A DNA stretch of 64,000 nt from Myxococcota bacterium. GTDB taxonomy: Bacteria; Myxococcota_A; UBA9160; UBA6930. Each line of letters opens with the position of its first letter. Positions within the stretch are counted from its first letter, which is position 1. The notes below the pieces were generated by a model that was given only the letters and a program-made list of their open reading frames with translations, did not search any database and was not told the origin of the DNA. The translations under genes and the position numbers were made by a program. Positions 57,029 to 64,000 of the stretch are shown here, piece after piece. Where the stretch lies: contig OZ245002.1 in assembly GCA_965223415.1 (NCBI GenBank), positions 384,001 through 448,000 on the forward strand, in the 5' to 3' direction.

Positions 57029-57958
57029 TCACGAGGCTCCGGCCCGGGCCGCCTCGAGCAGCCGGGCCGCGCCGCGGCCGAGGGCTTCCCGGGCCGCCGC
57101 CCGGCCGAGGGCGTCCGCGTCGGCGGCGGAACCGCTGGCCTCCGCCGCCACCACCTGACGGCCGTCGGCGGCCAGCACCCGGGCGCGAAGCTGCACCCGG
57201 CCGTCGGCCAGGAGCTCGGCGCGCGCGGCGATGGGCGCGTGACAATCGCCGCCGAGCGCACCGAGGAAGGCGCGCTCGGCGGTGATGGAGACGCGGGTCG
57301 GCGGATGGTCGAGGGCCAGGAGGTCGTCGGCCAGGGCCTCGCCGTCTCGGCACTCGAGGGCGAGGGTGCCCTGGCCGACCGCCGGCAGGAGCAGCCCCTC
57401 GTCGATGCGCTCGTGGATGCGCGCGTCGAGACCGAGCCGGTCGAGGCCGGCGCAGGCGAGGACGACCGCCGCGAGGTCCTCGTCCTCGAGCTTGCGCAAG
57501 CGGGTATCGACGTTGCCGCGGATGGGGACGATCACGAGATCCGGTCGATAGGCGAGGAGCTGGCTCGCCCGGCGCACGCTGCCCGTGCCCACACGACTGG
57601 CCCGGGGCAGGGCCTCGACGCTGGCGTCGGCGCCGCGGCCGACGAGCGCGTCGCGCGGATCGCCCCGCTCCGGGAACGCGGCCAGGGACAGGCCGGGCGC
57701 CTGCTCGCCGGGCAGGTCCTTGGCGCTGTGCACCGCCACGTCGGCGCGTCCGTCGAGGAGCGCCTCCTCGATCTCCTTCACGAAGAGCCCCTTGCCGCCG
57801 ATGGCCGCCAGGGAGCGATCCTGGATGCGATCGCCGGTCGTCTGCACCTTGACCAGCTCGGTGCGGCAGCGCAGGGCCGTCTCGATCTCCCGGGCCACGA
57901 GCCCGGACTGGGCAACCGCGAGGGCGCTCCCCCGCGTGGCAATGCGGACCAGCTTCAT
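57029..57958 (-). CDS. hemC: Hydroxymethylbilane synthase
   Basis: IATRGSALA..Q, GGKGLFVKE, VHSAKD, IRGNVDTRL, LGGDC..PI. Confidence 0.97.
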   Translation of the reverse strand: MKLVRIATRGSALAVAQSGLVAREIETALRCRTELVKVQTTGDRIQDRSLAAIGGKGLFVKEIEEALLDGRADVAVHSAKDLPGEQAPGLSLAAFPERGDPRDALVGRGADASVEALPRASRVGTGSVRRASQLLAYRPDLVIVPIRGNVDTRLRKLEDEDLAAVVLACAGLDRLGLDARIHERIDEGLLLPAVGQGTLALECRDGEALADDLLALDHPPTRVSITAERAFLGALGGDCHAPIAARAELLADGRVQLRARVLAADGRQVVAAEASGSAADADALGRAAAREALGRGAARLLEAARAGAS

Positions 57959-59292
57959 GCGTCCTCGTCTCCGTCGTCGTGTCCATCGCCGGGCCCGTCG
58001 GCCTCGGCGCCCGGCGCCGCCCCGTCGTCCAGGGCAAAGAGCACTCGCGCCGCCTCGAGGTGCGCGAGCCCCTCTTCCCGATCCACTTCCTGGCGCAGCC
58101 GCGCGAGGGGCGCGTGCAGCAGCTTGTTGACGATGCCGCGTGTGATGCCTTCGAGGGCGTCCCGGTGCGCGTCGCTCCACTCGAGGCCCGGGAGCCCGCG
58201 GTCGAGCTCGGCGGTGCGGATCGCCTCGGCCCGCGCCCGCAGCGTGCGGATCGTCGGCACCGCGGCCAGGGCCGTCAGCCAGCCCTCGAAGCGCTGCTGC
58301 TCCTCGAGCACGATGTCCTCGACCCGCTCCACCTCCCGACGGCGCTCGGCGGCGTTGGCTTCCGCCATGCCCGAGAGATCATCCAGGTCGTAGAGGTAGA
58401 CCGAGTCGATCTCGTTCACCTCCGACGCCACGTTGCGCGGCACGCCGATGTCGATGACGAAGAGCGGGCGGTGGGGGCGGTGACGCAGTGCCGCGCCGAC
58501 CCCGTCCCGGGTGAGCAGCGGCGCGTCGCCGCCGATGGACGTCAGCACCACGTCGCTCTGCTCGAGCAGCCCCGGGAGCTCCGCCAGCCCGTGGGCACTG
58601 GCGTCGAAGCGGGTCGCCAGGCCGGCGGCCCGGGCCGGCGTGCGATTGGCGATGCGAACGCTGCCCAGGCCGGACGCGCGCAGCCGGTCGAGGGCGAGCT
58701 CGATCATCTCGCCGGCACCGATCAGGAGCGCCGACTTGTCCTCGAGGCTCTCGAAGATCTCCCGGGCCAGGTCCACGGCCACCCGCGCCACGGAGATCGG
58801 CCGCTCGGCGATCCGCGTCTCGTTGCGCACGCGCTTCGCGGTGGAGAACGCCCGCTGGTAGAGGCGCGAGAGGATCGGGCCGCAGCTCCCGCAGGCGACC
58901 GCCGTCCGATAGGCGTCCTTCACCTGGCCGAGGATCTGGGGCTCGCCGACGACCATCGAGTCGACGGAGCAGGCCACCCGGAAGAGGTGGCGCACGGCCT
59001 GAGAATCGCTGAGCTCGTAGAGCGCGGGCTCGAGATCGGCCGGGCTCGGGCGCTCGCCTTCGCCGGGGAGCTCGCGCTCGACGAACGAGCGCAGCCGCAC
59101 GCGTGCGGCGGCCGGGCTGCGGGTCAGCACCAGCACCTCCACCCGGTTGCAGGTGGAGAGGATCACGCACTCCTCCACGTCCGGGGCGGCGGCCAGCTTC
59201 TCGTTGGCGGGGCCGAGATCGCCCACCGCGTAGCGCTCACGGAGCTCCAGGGGCGCCGTCCGGTGGCTCATTCCGAGCAGCAGCAGGTTCAC
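57955..59292 (-). CDS. hemA: Glutamyl-tRNA reductase
   Basis: SHRTAP, LSTCNRVE, DSMVVGEPQILGQVK, DIGVPRNV, NKLLH.P. Confidence 0.97.
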   Translation of the reverse strand: MNLLLLGMSHRTAPLELRERYAVGDLGPANEKLAAAPDVEECVILSTCNRVEVLVLTRSPAAARVRLRSFVERELPGEGERPSPADLEPALYELSDSQAVRHLFRVACSVDSMVVGEPQILGQVKDAYRTAVACGSCGPILSRLYQRAFSTAKRVRNETRIAERPISVARVAVDLAREIFESLEDKSALLIGAGEMIELALDRLRASGLGSVRIANRTPARAAGLATRFDASAHGLAELPGLLEQSDVVLTSIGGDAPLLTRDGVGAALRHRPHRPLFVIDIGVPRNVASEVNEIDSVYLYDLDDLSGMAEANAAERRREVERVEDIVLEEQQRFEGWLTALAAVPTIRTLRARAEAIRTAELDRGLPGLEWSDAHRDALEGITRGIVNKLLHAPLARLRQEVDREEGLAHLEAARVLFALDDGAAPGAEADGPGDGHDDGDEDA

Positions 59293-60074
59293 CACACCGC
59301 TCCCGCACCGACGACCGCGCCGGTGAGGATCGCGAAGCCGGCGGCGGAGAGCATCGCGACCTGACGCGCGCCCAGGTCGAGACCGAAGCGCGCCACGGCC
59401 GCCGCACCACACAGCACCCAGGCGGCCAGCGTGCCGTTGGCGTGGATGCTCGCCTCCCAGAGCGCGCCCCGGGTCTCGTACACCCAGAGGACGCCGGTGA
59501 AGAGGCCGAAGGTGAGCAGCAGGAAGCCGACGCCGAGGCCGAGGGTATTCACCCGGTCGAGGGTCTCGAGGGAAGGCAGGGTTCCGCCGACCCGCCGCTT
59601 TCGCTTGATCGCCCGGTGATGGATCACGTAGAGCAGCCCGGCGCCGGCCGCGACGCCCAGGGTGGCGAGACCGGCGCTCGAGAGCAGCACGTGCAGGTGC
59701 GACCAGAGCGGATGCAGGGCCTCGGCGGGCGGCGGCGCGTAGAGAGAAAGCAGCCCGGTGGCGCAGCCGAGGAAGGCGGCCGGCGCCACGACCAGCGCGA
59801 GTCCGAGCCCGCGCACCCAGAAGAGCAGCGCCAGGTAGACGAGGGAGCCGACCCAGGCCATGAACGAGACGGCCATGGGCAACGAGTTCAGGGCCGGCGT
59901 GGGATCCAGCGTGTGGAGCTGCCAGAAGCCGCCGGTGTGCATCAGGGCGCCGGCGCCCAGGGCGAACACGGCGCCGCGTGTCAGGTCCACGCGGCGAACC
60001 ACCACGGCCGCCACCGCCACGACGGCCGCCAGCAGGTAGGCGGCGGTGGCCAGCTGATGGAAGAGGAGACCCAT
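59289..60074 (-). CDS. CcsA/HemX-like cytochrome c assembly family membrane protein
   Basis: Multi-TM, HV.L, LPSLETLD, G..LLT.GL.TG; usual position upstream of hemA. Confidence 0.85.
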   Translation of the reverse strand: MGLLFHQLATAAYLLAAVVAVAAVVVRRVDLTRGAVFALGAGALMHTGGFWQLHTLDPTPALNSLPMAVSFMAWVGSLVYLALLFWVRGLGLALVVAPAAFLGCATGLLSLYAPPPAEALHPLWSHLHVLLSSAGLATLGVAAGAGLLYVIHHRAIKRKRRVGGTLPSLETLDRVNTLGLGVGFLLLTFGLFTGVLWVYETRGALWEASIHANGTLAAWVLCGAAAVARFGLDLGARQVAMLSAAGFAILTGAVVGAGAVW

Positions 60075-60077
60075 CCG

Positions 60078-60623
60078 TCACGCCCGGGAGCGCAAGCGCT
60101 CCATCTGGGCCGCCACCTTGGCGGCGTCGCTCACCATCTCGAAAATGCGGTAGGCCGGTTCGCCGAACAGGACGAAACGGATCTCTTCGAGGGAGCCCTC
60201 TCCGTCCAGGTGGGCCCGGGCCTCTTCGATCAGGATCTCGGCGGAGCGCTGCATCGAGACCCCGCCGACGCCCGCGCCGATGGCGGGCACCGCGATGCTT
60301 CGGAACCCCTGCTCCCGGGCGATCGCCAGGCTCGCCCGCATGGAGGCGCGCACGCTCTCCTCGCTGGCCCGGCCGCCGGGCGGCATGCCGGCCGCGTGGA
60401 TGACGAAGTGCGCCGGCAGATCTCCCGCGCCGGTAAGGGCGGCGCCGCCCACCTCGACGGGCCCGTGGGCGTCGCACTCCTGCTGGATGCTGGGGCCGCC
60501 CTTCTGCCGGATCGCGCCGGCCACGCCGGAGCCCAGCTGCAGGGCGGAGTTCGCCGCGTTCACGATCGCGTCCACCTCGGCCGCAGTGATGTCGCCTTCC
60601 TCCAACACGATGCGTCCGCTCAT
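60078..60623 (-). CDS. Macro domain protein (ADP-ribose binding/hydrolase)
   Basis: GDIT, DAIVNAAN..L..G.GVAGAI, VIHA, AVPAIGAGVGG. Confidence 0.93.
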   Translation of the reverse strand: MSGRIVLEEGDITAAEVDAIVNAANSALQLGSGVAGAIRQKGGPSIQQECDAHGPVEVGGAALTGAGDLPAHFVIHAAGMPPGGRASEESVRASMRASLAIAREQGFRSIAVPAIGAGVGGVSMQRSAEILIEEARAHLDGEGSLEEIRFVLFGEPAYRIFEMVSDAAKVAAQMERLRSRA

Positions 60624-61585
60624 CGCTTCTTCCCCTTCGCTGCGGCCTCCACGAGGCCCGCTGCGATCAGCGGCACCAGGATCTCGTGGTGGCCGACGAG
60701 CGAGATGCCGCGCCCGCCGAGCCGGGTCGGCCGCTCCACCACGTTCACGCTGGGTCGGTAGTGGCGGATGAAATCGCAGTTCACCGTGGTGAACTTCTCG
60801 ATCTTGTTCCCCAGGTTGCGCGCCAGGGCCAGCGCCTTGAGGAACACCTCCGGCAAGATCACCGCGGAGCCGATGTTGAACAGCACGCCGCCTTCGAGGG
60901 CTGCGACCAGCCGGGCCAGGGTCTCGAAATCGCGGTAGCTCGTGGCGCCGAGGGCGGCACCATCGGCGCTCGGGTGCATGTGGTGGATATCGGTACCGAC
61001 GGCCACGTGGATCGTGACTGGAATCCCGAGCCGCGCTGCGTTGGCGAGGACCGAGCGGTCCTTGTGGCGGTAGCCCTTGCCCTCGAGGATCTCGCGGCCC
61101 ACCGCCAGGCCCATCCCCAGCCCGGCGGCATGGCCCGCCGCGATCGCGCCGTTCAGGCGCTCGGAGGTCTCCCGGGCCATGCCGAACGAGCCCTCGTCGA
61201 GGGCCGGCGCCACGTCCTCGCTCGTCTGGCCCATCATCGCCAGCTCGAGATCGTGGACGCACCCGGCGCCGTTCATCAGCAGCCCCGAGACGAAGCCGCG
61301 CTCCATCAGGTCGACGACCAGCGGCGCCAGGCCGACCTTGATCAGGTGGGCGCCGAAGCCCCAGAGGAGGACCTTCTTCCGGGCATGGGCACGGGAAGCC
61401 GCGTCGATGGCGCCGCGAAGCTCCTGGGCACCGAGGATGCCGGGGAGCCGGTCGAGGAACGTCGCGAAGCTCGCGCCGGCCTCGTGGGGCACGCCTTCCA
61501 GGGAGCGCTTCACCTTGCTGAAGCGGCTCCGAGCCGGATAGGTGCGCACCTGTTGGCGGTCGATCCGCGGAAGGCGACGCGTCAC
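60620..61585 (-). CDS. Deoxyhypusine-synthase-like (DHS-fold) hypothetical protein
   Basis: GAHLIKVG, MNGAG.VHD.E, TSEDV, FGMA.ET, GTDI.H.HP, GSAVILPEVFLKA, GHHE. Confidence 0.75.
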   Translation of the reverse strand: MTRRLPRIDRQQVRTYPARSRFSKVKRSLEGVPHEAGASFATFLDRLPGILGAQELRGAIDAASRAHARKKVLLWGFGAHLIKVGLAPLVVDLMERGFVSGLLMNGAGCVHDLELAMMGQTSEDVAPALDEGSFGMARETSERLNGAIAAGHAAGLGMGLAVGREILEGKGYRHKDRSVLANAARLGIPVTIHVAVGTDIHHMHPSADGAALGATSYRDFETLARLVAALEGGVLFNIGSAVILPEVFLKALALARNLGNKIEKFTTVNCDFIRHYRPSVNVVERPTRLGGRGISLVGHHEILVPLIAAGLVEAAAKGKKR

Positions 61586-62178
61586 GGCTCCACCGGGAAT
61601 AGGATGTCGTCCACCACCTCCGCGATCGCGTGGGCGATGGCGATGTGGGCCTCCTGCACGCGCTGGGTCTCGTCGGAGGGCACGACCAGGGCGAGCTCGA
61701 CCCGCTCCGCCAGTTTGCCGCCGCCCTTGCCGAGGAGACCGATCGTGCGCATGCCGCGGCGCGCCGCCTCGTCCACCGCCGCCAGCACGTTCGGCGAGCT
61801 GCCGGAGGTCGAGATGGCGATCGCCACGTCGCCGGAGACGCCGTGGGCCTCGACCAATCGGGCGAACTGCCGGTCGAAGCCGTAGTCATTGCCGATGGCG
61901 GTCAGGTCCGAGGTATTGGCGGTGAGGGCGAGCGCCGGAAGCGCCGGCCGTTCGCGGGTGAGGCGCCCGGTCCACTCGGCGGCGATGTGCTGGGCGTCGG
62001 CCGCGGAGCCGCCGTTGCCGAAGAGCAGGACCTTGCTGCCCGCCCGGAAGGCCTCCGCTACCAGGCGGGCCGCCCGGGCGATGTCCTCGGCCAGGCCGGC
62101 GGCGACCGCCCGCTTCACCCGGGCGCTCTCCTCGAGGGTGGCGCGAACCGAGGCGACGGGATCGAAGGAAGAACCCAC
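61582..62178 (-). CDS. gmhA: D-sedoheptulose-7-phosphate isomerase
   Basis: GNGGSAADAQH.AAE, TAIGNDYG, ISTSG.S.NV, RVQE.H..I.H. Confidence 0.96.
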   Translation of the reverse strand: MGSSFDPVASVRATLEESARVKRAVAAGLAEDIARAARLVAEAFRAGSKVLLFGNGGSAADAQHIAAEWTGRLTRERPALPALALTANTSDLTAIGNDYGFDRQFARLVEAHGVSGDVAIAISTSGSSPNVLAAVDEAARRGMRTIGLLGKGGGKLAERVELALVVPSDETQRVQEAHIAIAHAIAEVVDDILFPVEP

Positions 62179-62263
62179 GCGCGATCGTCCTTTCGCTACG
62201 GTGTTGGCCCGGATGGCGTCGAAAGCGGAAAACCCTGCAAAATCAGCTAGATCGGGGATTTCC

Positions 62264-62292
62264 AACATACCCGCCGGCCTCCGGGGCGTCAA
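62264..62292 (-). promoter_or_regulatory. sigma70 promoter TTGACG-N17-TATGTT for the gmhA-hem operon
   Basis: -35 at 62287-62292, -10 at 62264-62269, 17-nt spacer. Confidence 0.65.
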
Positions 62293-62338
62293 TCGGCCCG
62301 GCCCCGAGGGGTGGTGACCCCACTGCTATCCTGGCTCC

Positions 62339-62743
62339 ATGGCCGGCGCCCTCCGCCTGCTCCTCGTGCTGACGCTGCTCGGCGCCGCCGGCTGCCGGGA
62401 AGGCATCGGACGGCTGCTCGACGAGACGGGCCACCCGCCGATCCGCGAGATCTCCGCGAGCGAGGCCGCCGACCTGCTCGCCCGGGATGCCGCGGTCACG
62501 ATCGTGCATCCCCTGCCCCGCCACCCGGCGACTCCGCGGCTGAAGAACGCGGTTTGGCTGGCCCCGGAGGATCCGGTGCCCGAGGGCTGGGGCGCCCGGC
62601 ACCATCCGGTCCTCGTCGTCGGCGAGCCCGACGCCGCCGCGGCCCTGGCCGCGCGCCTCGCCCGGGCCGGTACACGGCCGCTCTCGGTCGTCACCGGAGA
62701 GCTCGACACCCTCGCCGATCTCCGGACGGCCCGTCATCCGTAG
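62339..62743 (+). CDS. Lipoprotein with degenerate rhodanese-like domain
   Basis: Lipobox AAGC; EISA.EA..LL, A..LA.AG...L.VV.G; no catalytic Cys. Confidence 0.55.
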   Translation: MAGALRLLLVLTLLGAAGCREGIGRLLDETGHPPIREISASEAADLLARDAAVTIVHPLPRHPATPRLKNAVWLAPEDPVPEGWGARHHPVLVVGEPDAAAALAARLARAGTRPLSVVTGELDTLADLRTARHP

Positions 62744-62828
62744 CTCGTCCGGTGCGCCGATTTGACGCGCAGCCCCGGGTGGTAAGCTTCCCCGGAAGCG
62801 CGCACGCCAACAGGAGAACCCGCGACCC

Positions 62829-63152
62829 ATGGCCGAGATCATCGACGTCACCGACGCCAACTTCGACGAAGAGGTGCTCCAGTCGGACACCCCGATCATC
62901 ATCGACTTCTGGGCCGAGTGGTGCGCGCCGTGCCGGGCCATCGCCCCCATCGTCAAGGAGATCGCGGGCAGCTACGACGGCAAGGTGAAGGTCGTCAAGA
63001 TGAACATCGACGAGAACCCGGCCACGCCCGGCAAGTACGGCGTCCGCGCCATTCCCACCGTCCTCGCCTTCAAGGGCGGCACCGTGGTGGAGCAGATCAC
63101 CGGGGCGCGGCCGAAGAGCGCGTTCGAGGAGATGGCGCAGAAGCTCGTGTAG
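62829..63152 (+). CDS. trxA: Thioredoxin
   Basis: DFWAEWCAPC, GVRAIPT. Confidence 0.96.
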   Translation: MAEIIDVTDANFDEEVLQSDTPIIIDFWAEWCAPCRAIAPIVKEIAGSYDGKVKVVKMNIDENPATPGKYGVRAIPTVLAFKGGTVVEQITGARPKSAFEEMAQKLV

Positions 63153-63158
63153 TCGTCG

Positions 63159-63345
63159 AACGGCCGGTGGTGATCGGGCTCGAGCCTCCACCTCGCGGAA
63201 GTCGCCTCGCTCGCCGATCGGGACGGCGAGCTGACCTTGAAGCTCCGCCATCCGGGCCACCACGAGGGCTACGTCTGGATCGCCCTTCCCGACCGCACCG
63301 ATCCTCTGTGCGTGCACGCGCCTTCACCGACCGGACCGAACGCTG
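63159..63345 (+). pseudogene. Possible orphan C-terminal gene remnant (glycoside-hydrolase-like)
   Basis: Frames join as ERPVVIG/SSLHLAEVASLADRDGELTLKLRHPGHHEGYVWIALP.../AFTDRTE; no start codon or RBS. Confidence 0.3.
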
Positions 63346-63514
63346 CCAGGACGCCCTACCCTGACCACCGGCGATGCGCGCCTACCTCGCGTGGCCGATT
63401 CGGGCTCTGGGTCGCTACTCCGCATGGCCGAGGGCTTCGAAGCAGGCGCCGATGGCGCTCGTCGATCACCGCGTTCTGCGGCGGGGTCGAGCGCCGGGAT
63501 CTGGGCCCTCGCGC

Positions 63515-64000
63515 TCAGAACATGTACCGCCGCATCGAGACGTTCATCAGCAGCCCGAGCGCGACCAGGTTCGCCAGCAGCTGGGAGCCGCCGTAGGAGA
63601 CCAGCGGCAGCGGCACGCCGATGACCGGCGCCAGGCCGAGCACCATCGACACGTTGATCACCGCCGGCCAGAAGAGCATGCCGACCACGCCCACGGCGAG
63701 CATCGCGCCGAAGCCGTCCTTGGAGTTGTTGGCGACGACCAGGCCCCAGATCAGCAGGGTGAAGTAGACGGCCAGGAGCAGCACCGAGCCGAGGAAGCCC
63801 CACTCCTCCGCCAGCACCGAGAAGGCGAAGTCCGAGTGCTGGGTGGGGAGGAACTGGAGCTGGGTCTGGGTGCCCTGGAGGTAGCCCTGTCCGAACAGGC
63901 CGCCGGAGCCCACGGCGATGCGGGACTGGATGGCCTGGTAGCCGGAGGAGAGCGGATCGCGGGAAGGGTCGAGGAAGTCGAGGATCCGCTCGCGCTGGTA
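63515..64000 (-). CDS. rodA: Rod shape-determining protein RodA (3' part)
   Basis: YQRERI..FLDP..DP...GY...QS.IAVGSGG..G.GY..GTQ, LP..HSDF.F.V.AEEWG, GVPLP..SYGGS. Confidence 0.93.
   Translation of the reverse strand, partial: YQRERILDFLDPSRDPLSSGYQAIQSRIAVGSGGLFGQGYLQGTQTQLQFLPTQHSDFAFSVLAEEWGFLGSVLLLAVYFTLLIWGLVVANNSKDGFGAMLAVGVVGMLFWPAVINVSMVLGLAPVIGVPLPLVSYGGSQLLANLVALGLLMNVSMRRYMF

Noticed and set aside
60078..60623. Macrodomain as part of a DarTG or Thoeris defence system
   Set aside because: No DarT, TIR or SIR2 partner, and the context is housekeeping.
1..64000. tRNA, rRNA, riboswitch, prophage, integron or retron elements
   Set aside because: No cloverleaf or rRNA-like segment, integrase, reverse transcriptase or phage gene recognised by eye; covariance searches were not run.

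Overview
GC-rich bacterial window from a diderm, LPS-making organism (lpxD, gmhA). The gene content (many SDRs, LLM/F420-type oxidoreductases, DUF3604, PEP-CTERM, cobA-hemD fusion) resembles Myxococcota/Deltaproteobacteria; this is an inference. The left ~30 kb is accessory lipid/aromatic catabolism: 5 SDRs, 2 LLMs, a Rieske oxygenase, 2 GSTs, tandem DUF3604 genes, an exported FAH-family protein and a frameshifted GH84-like gene. The middle has three ECF sigma/anti-sigma pairs, PhyH plus a sphingosine-1-phosphate-lyase-like gene, pdxH and polA. The right is housekeeping: lpxD-rnhB-truD-cysK-tetR-ACP, the gmhA-to-hemB operon, trxA and rodA. Mobile and repeat DNA comprises one complete 1.67 kb DDE IS with CTAG target duplication, a decayed HUH/Y1 (RAYT-like) transposase, and two REPIN-like palindrome doublets sharing a GGGGACGTTCCTT core. 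Other points of note are a recurring leaderless-mRNA signature, an ALDH whose catalytic Cys is Ser, a sigma54-driven micro PEP-CTERM protein, a candidate structured sRNA, and a gmhA / deoxyhypusine-synthase-like / macrodomain triplet. I saw no CRISPR array, tRNA or rRNA. All calls are from motif recognition by eye; no searches were run.
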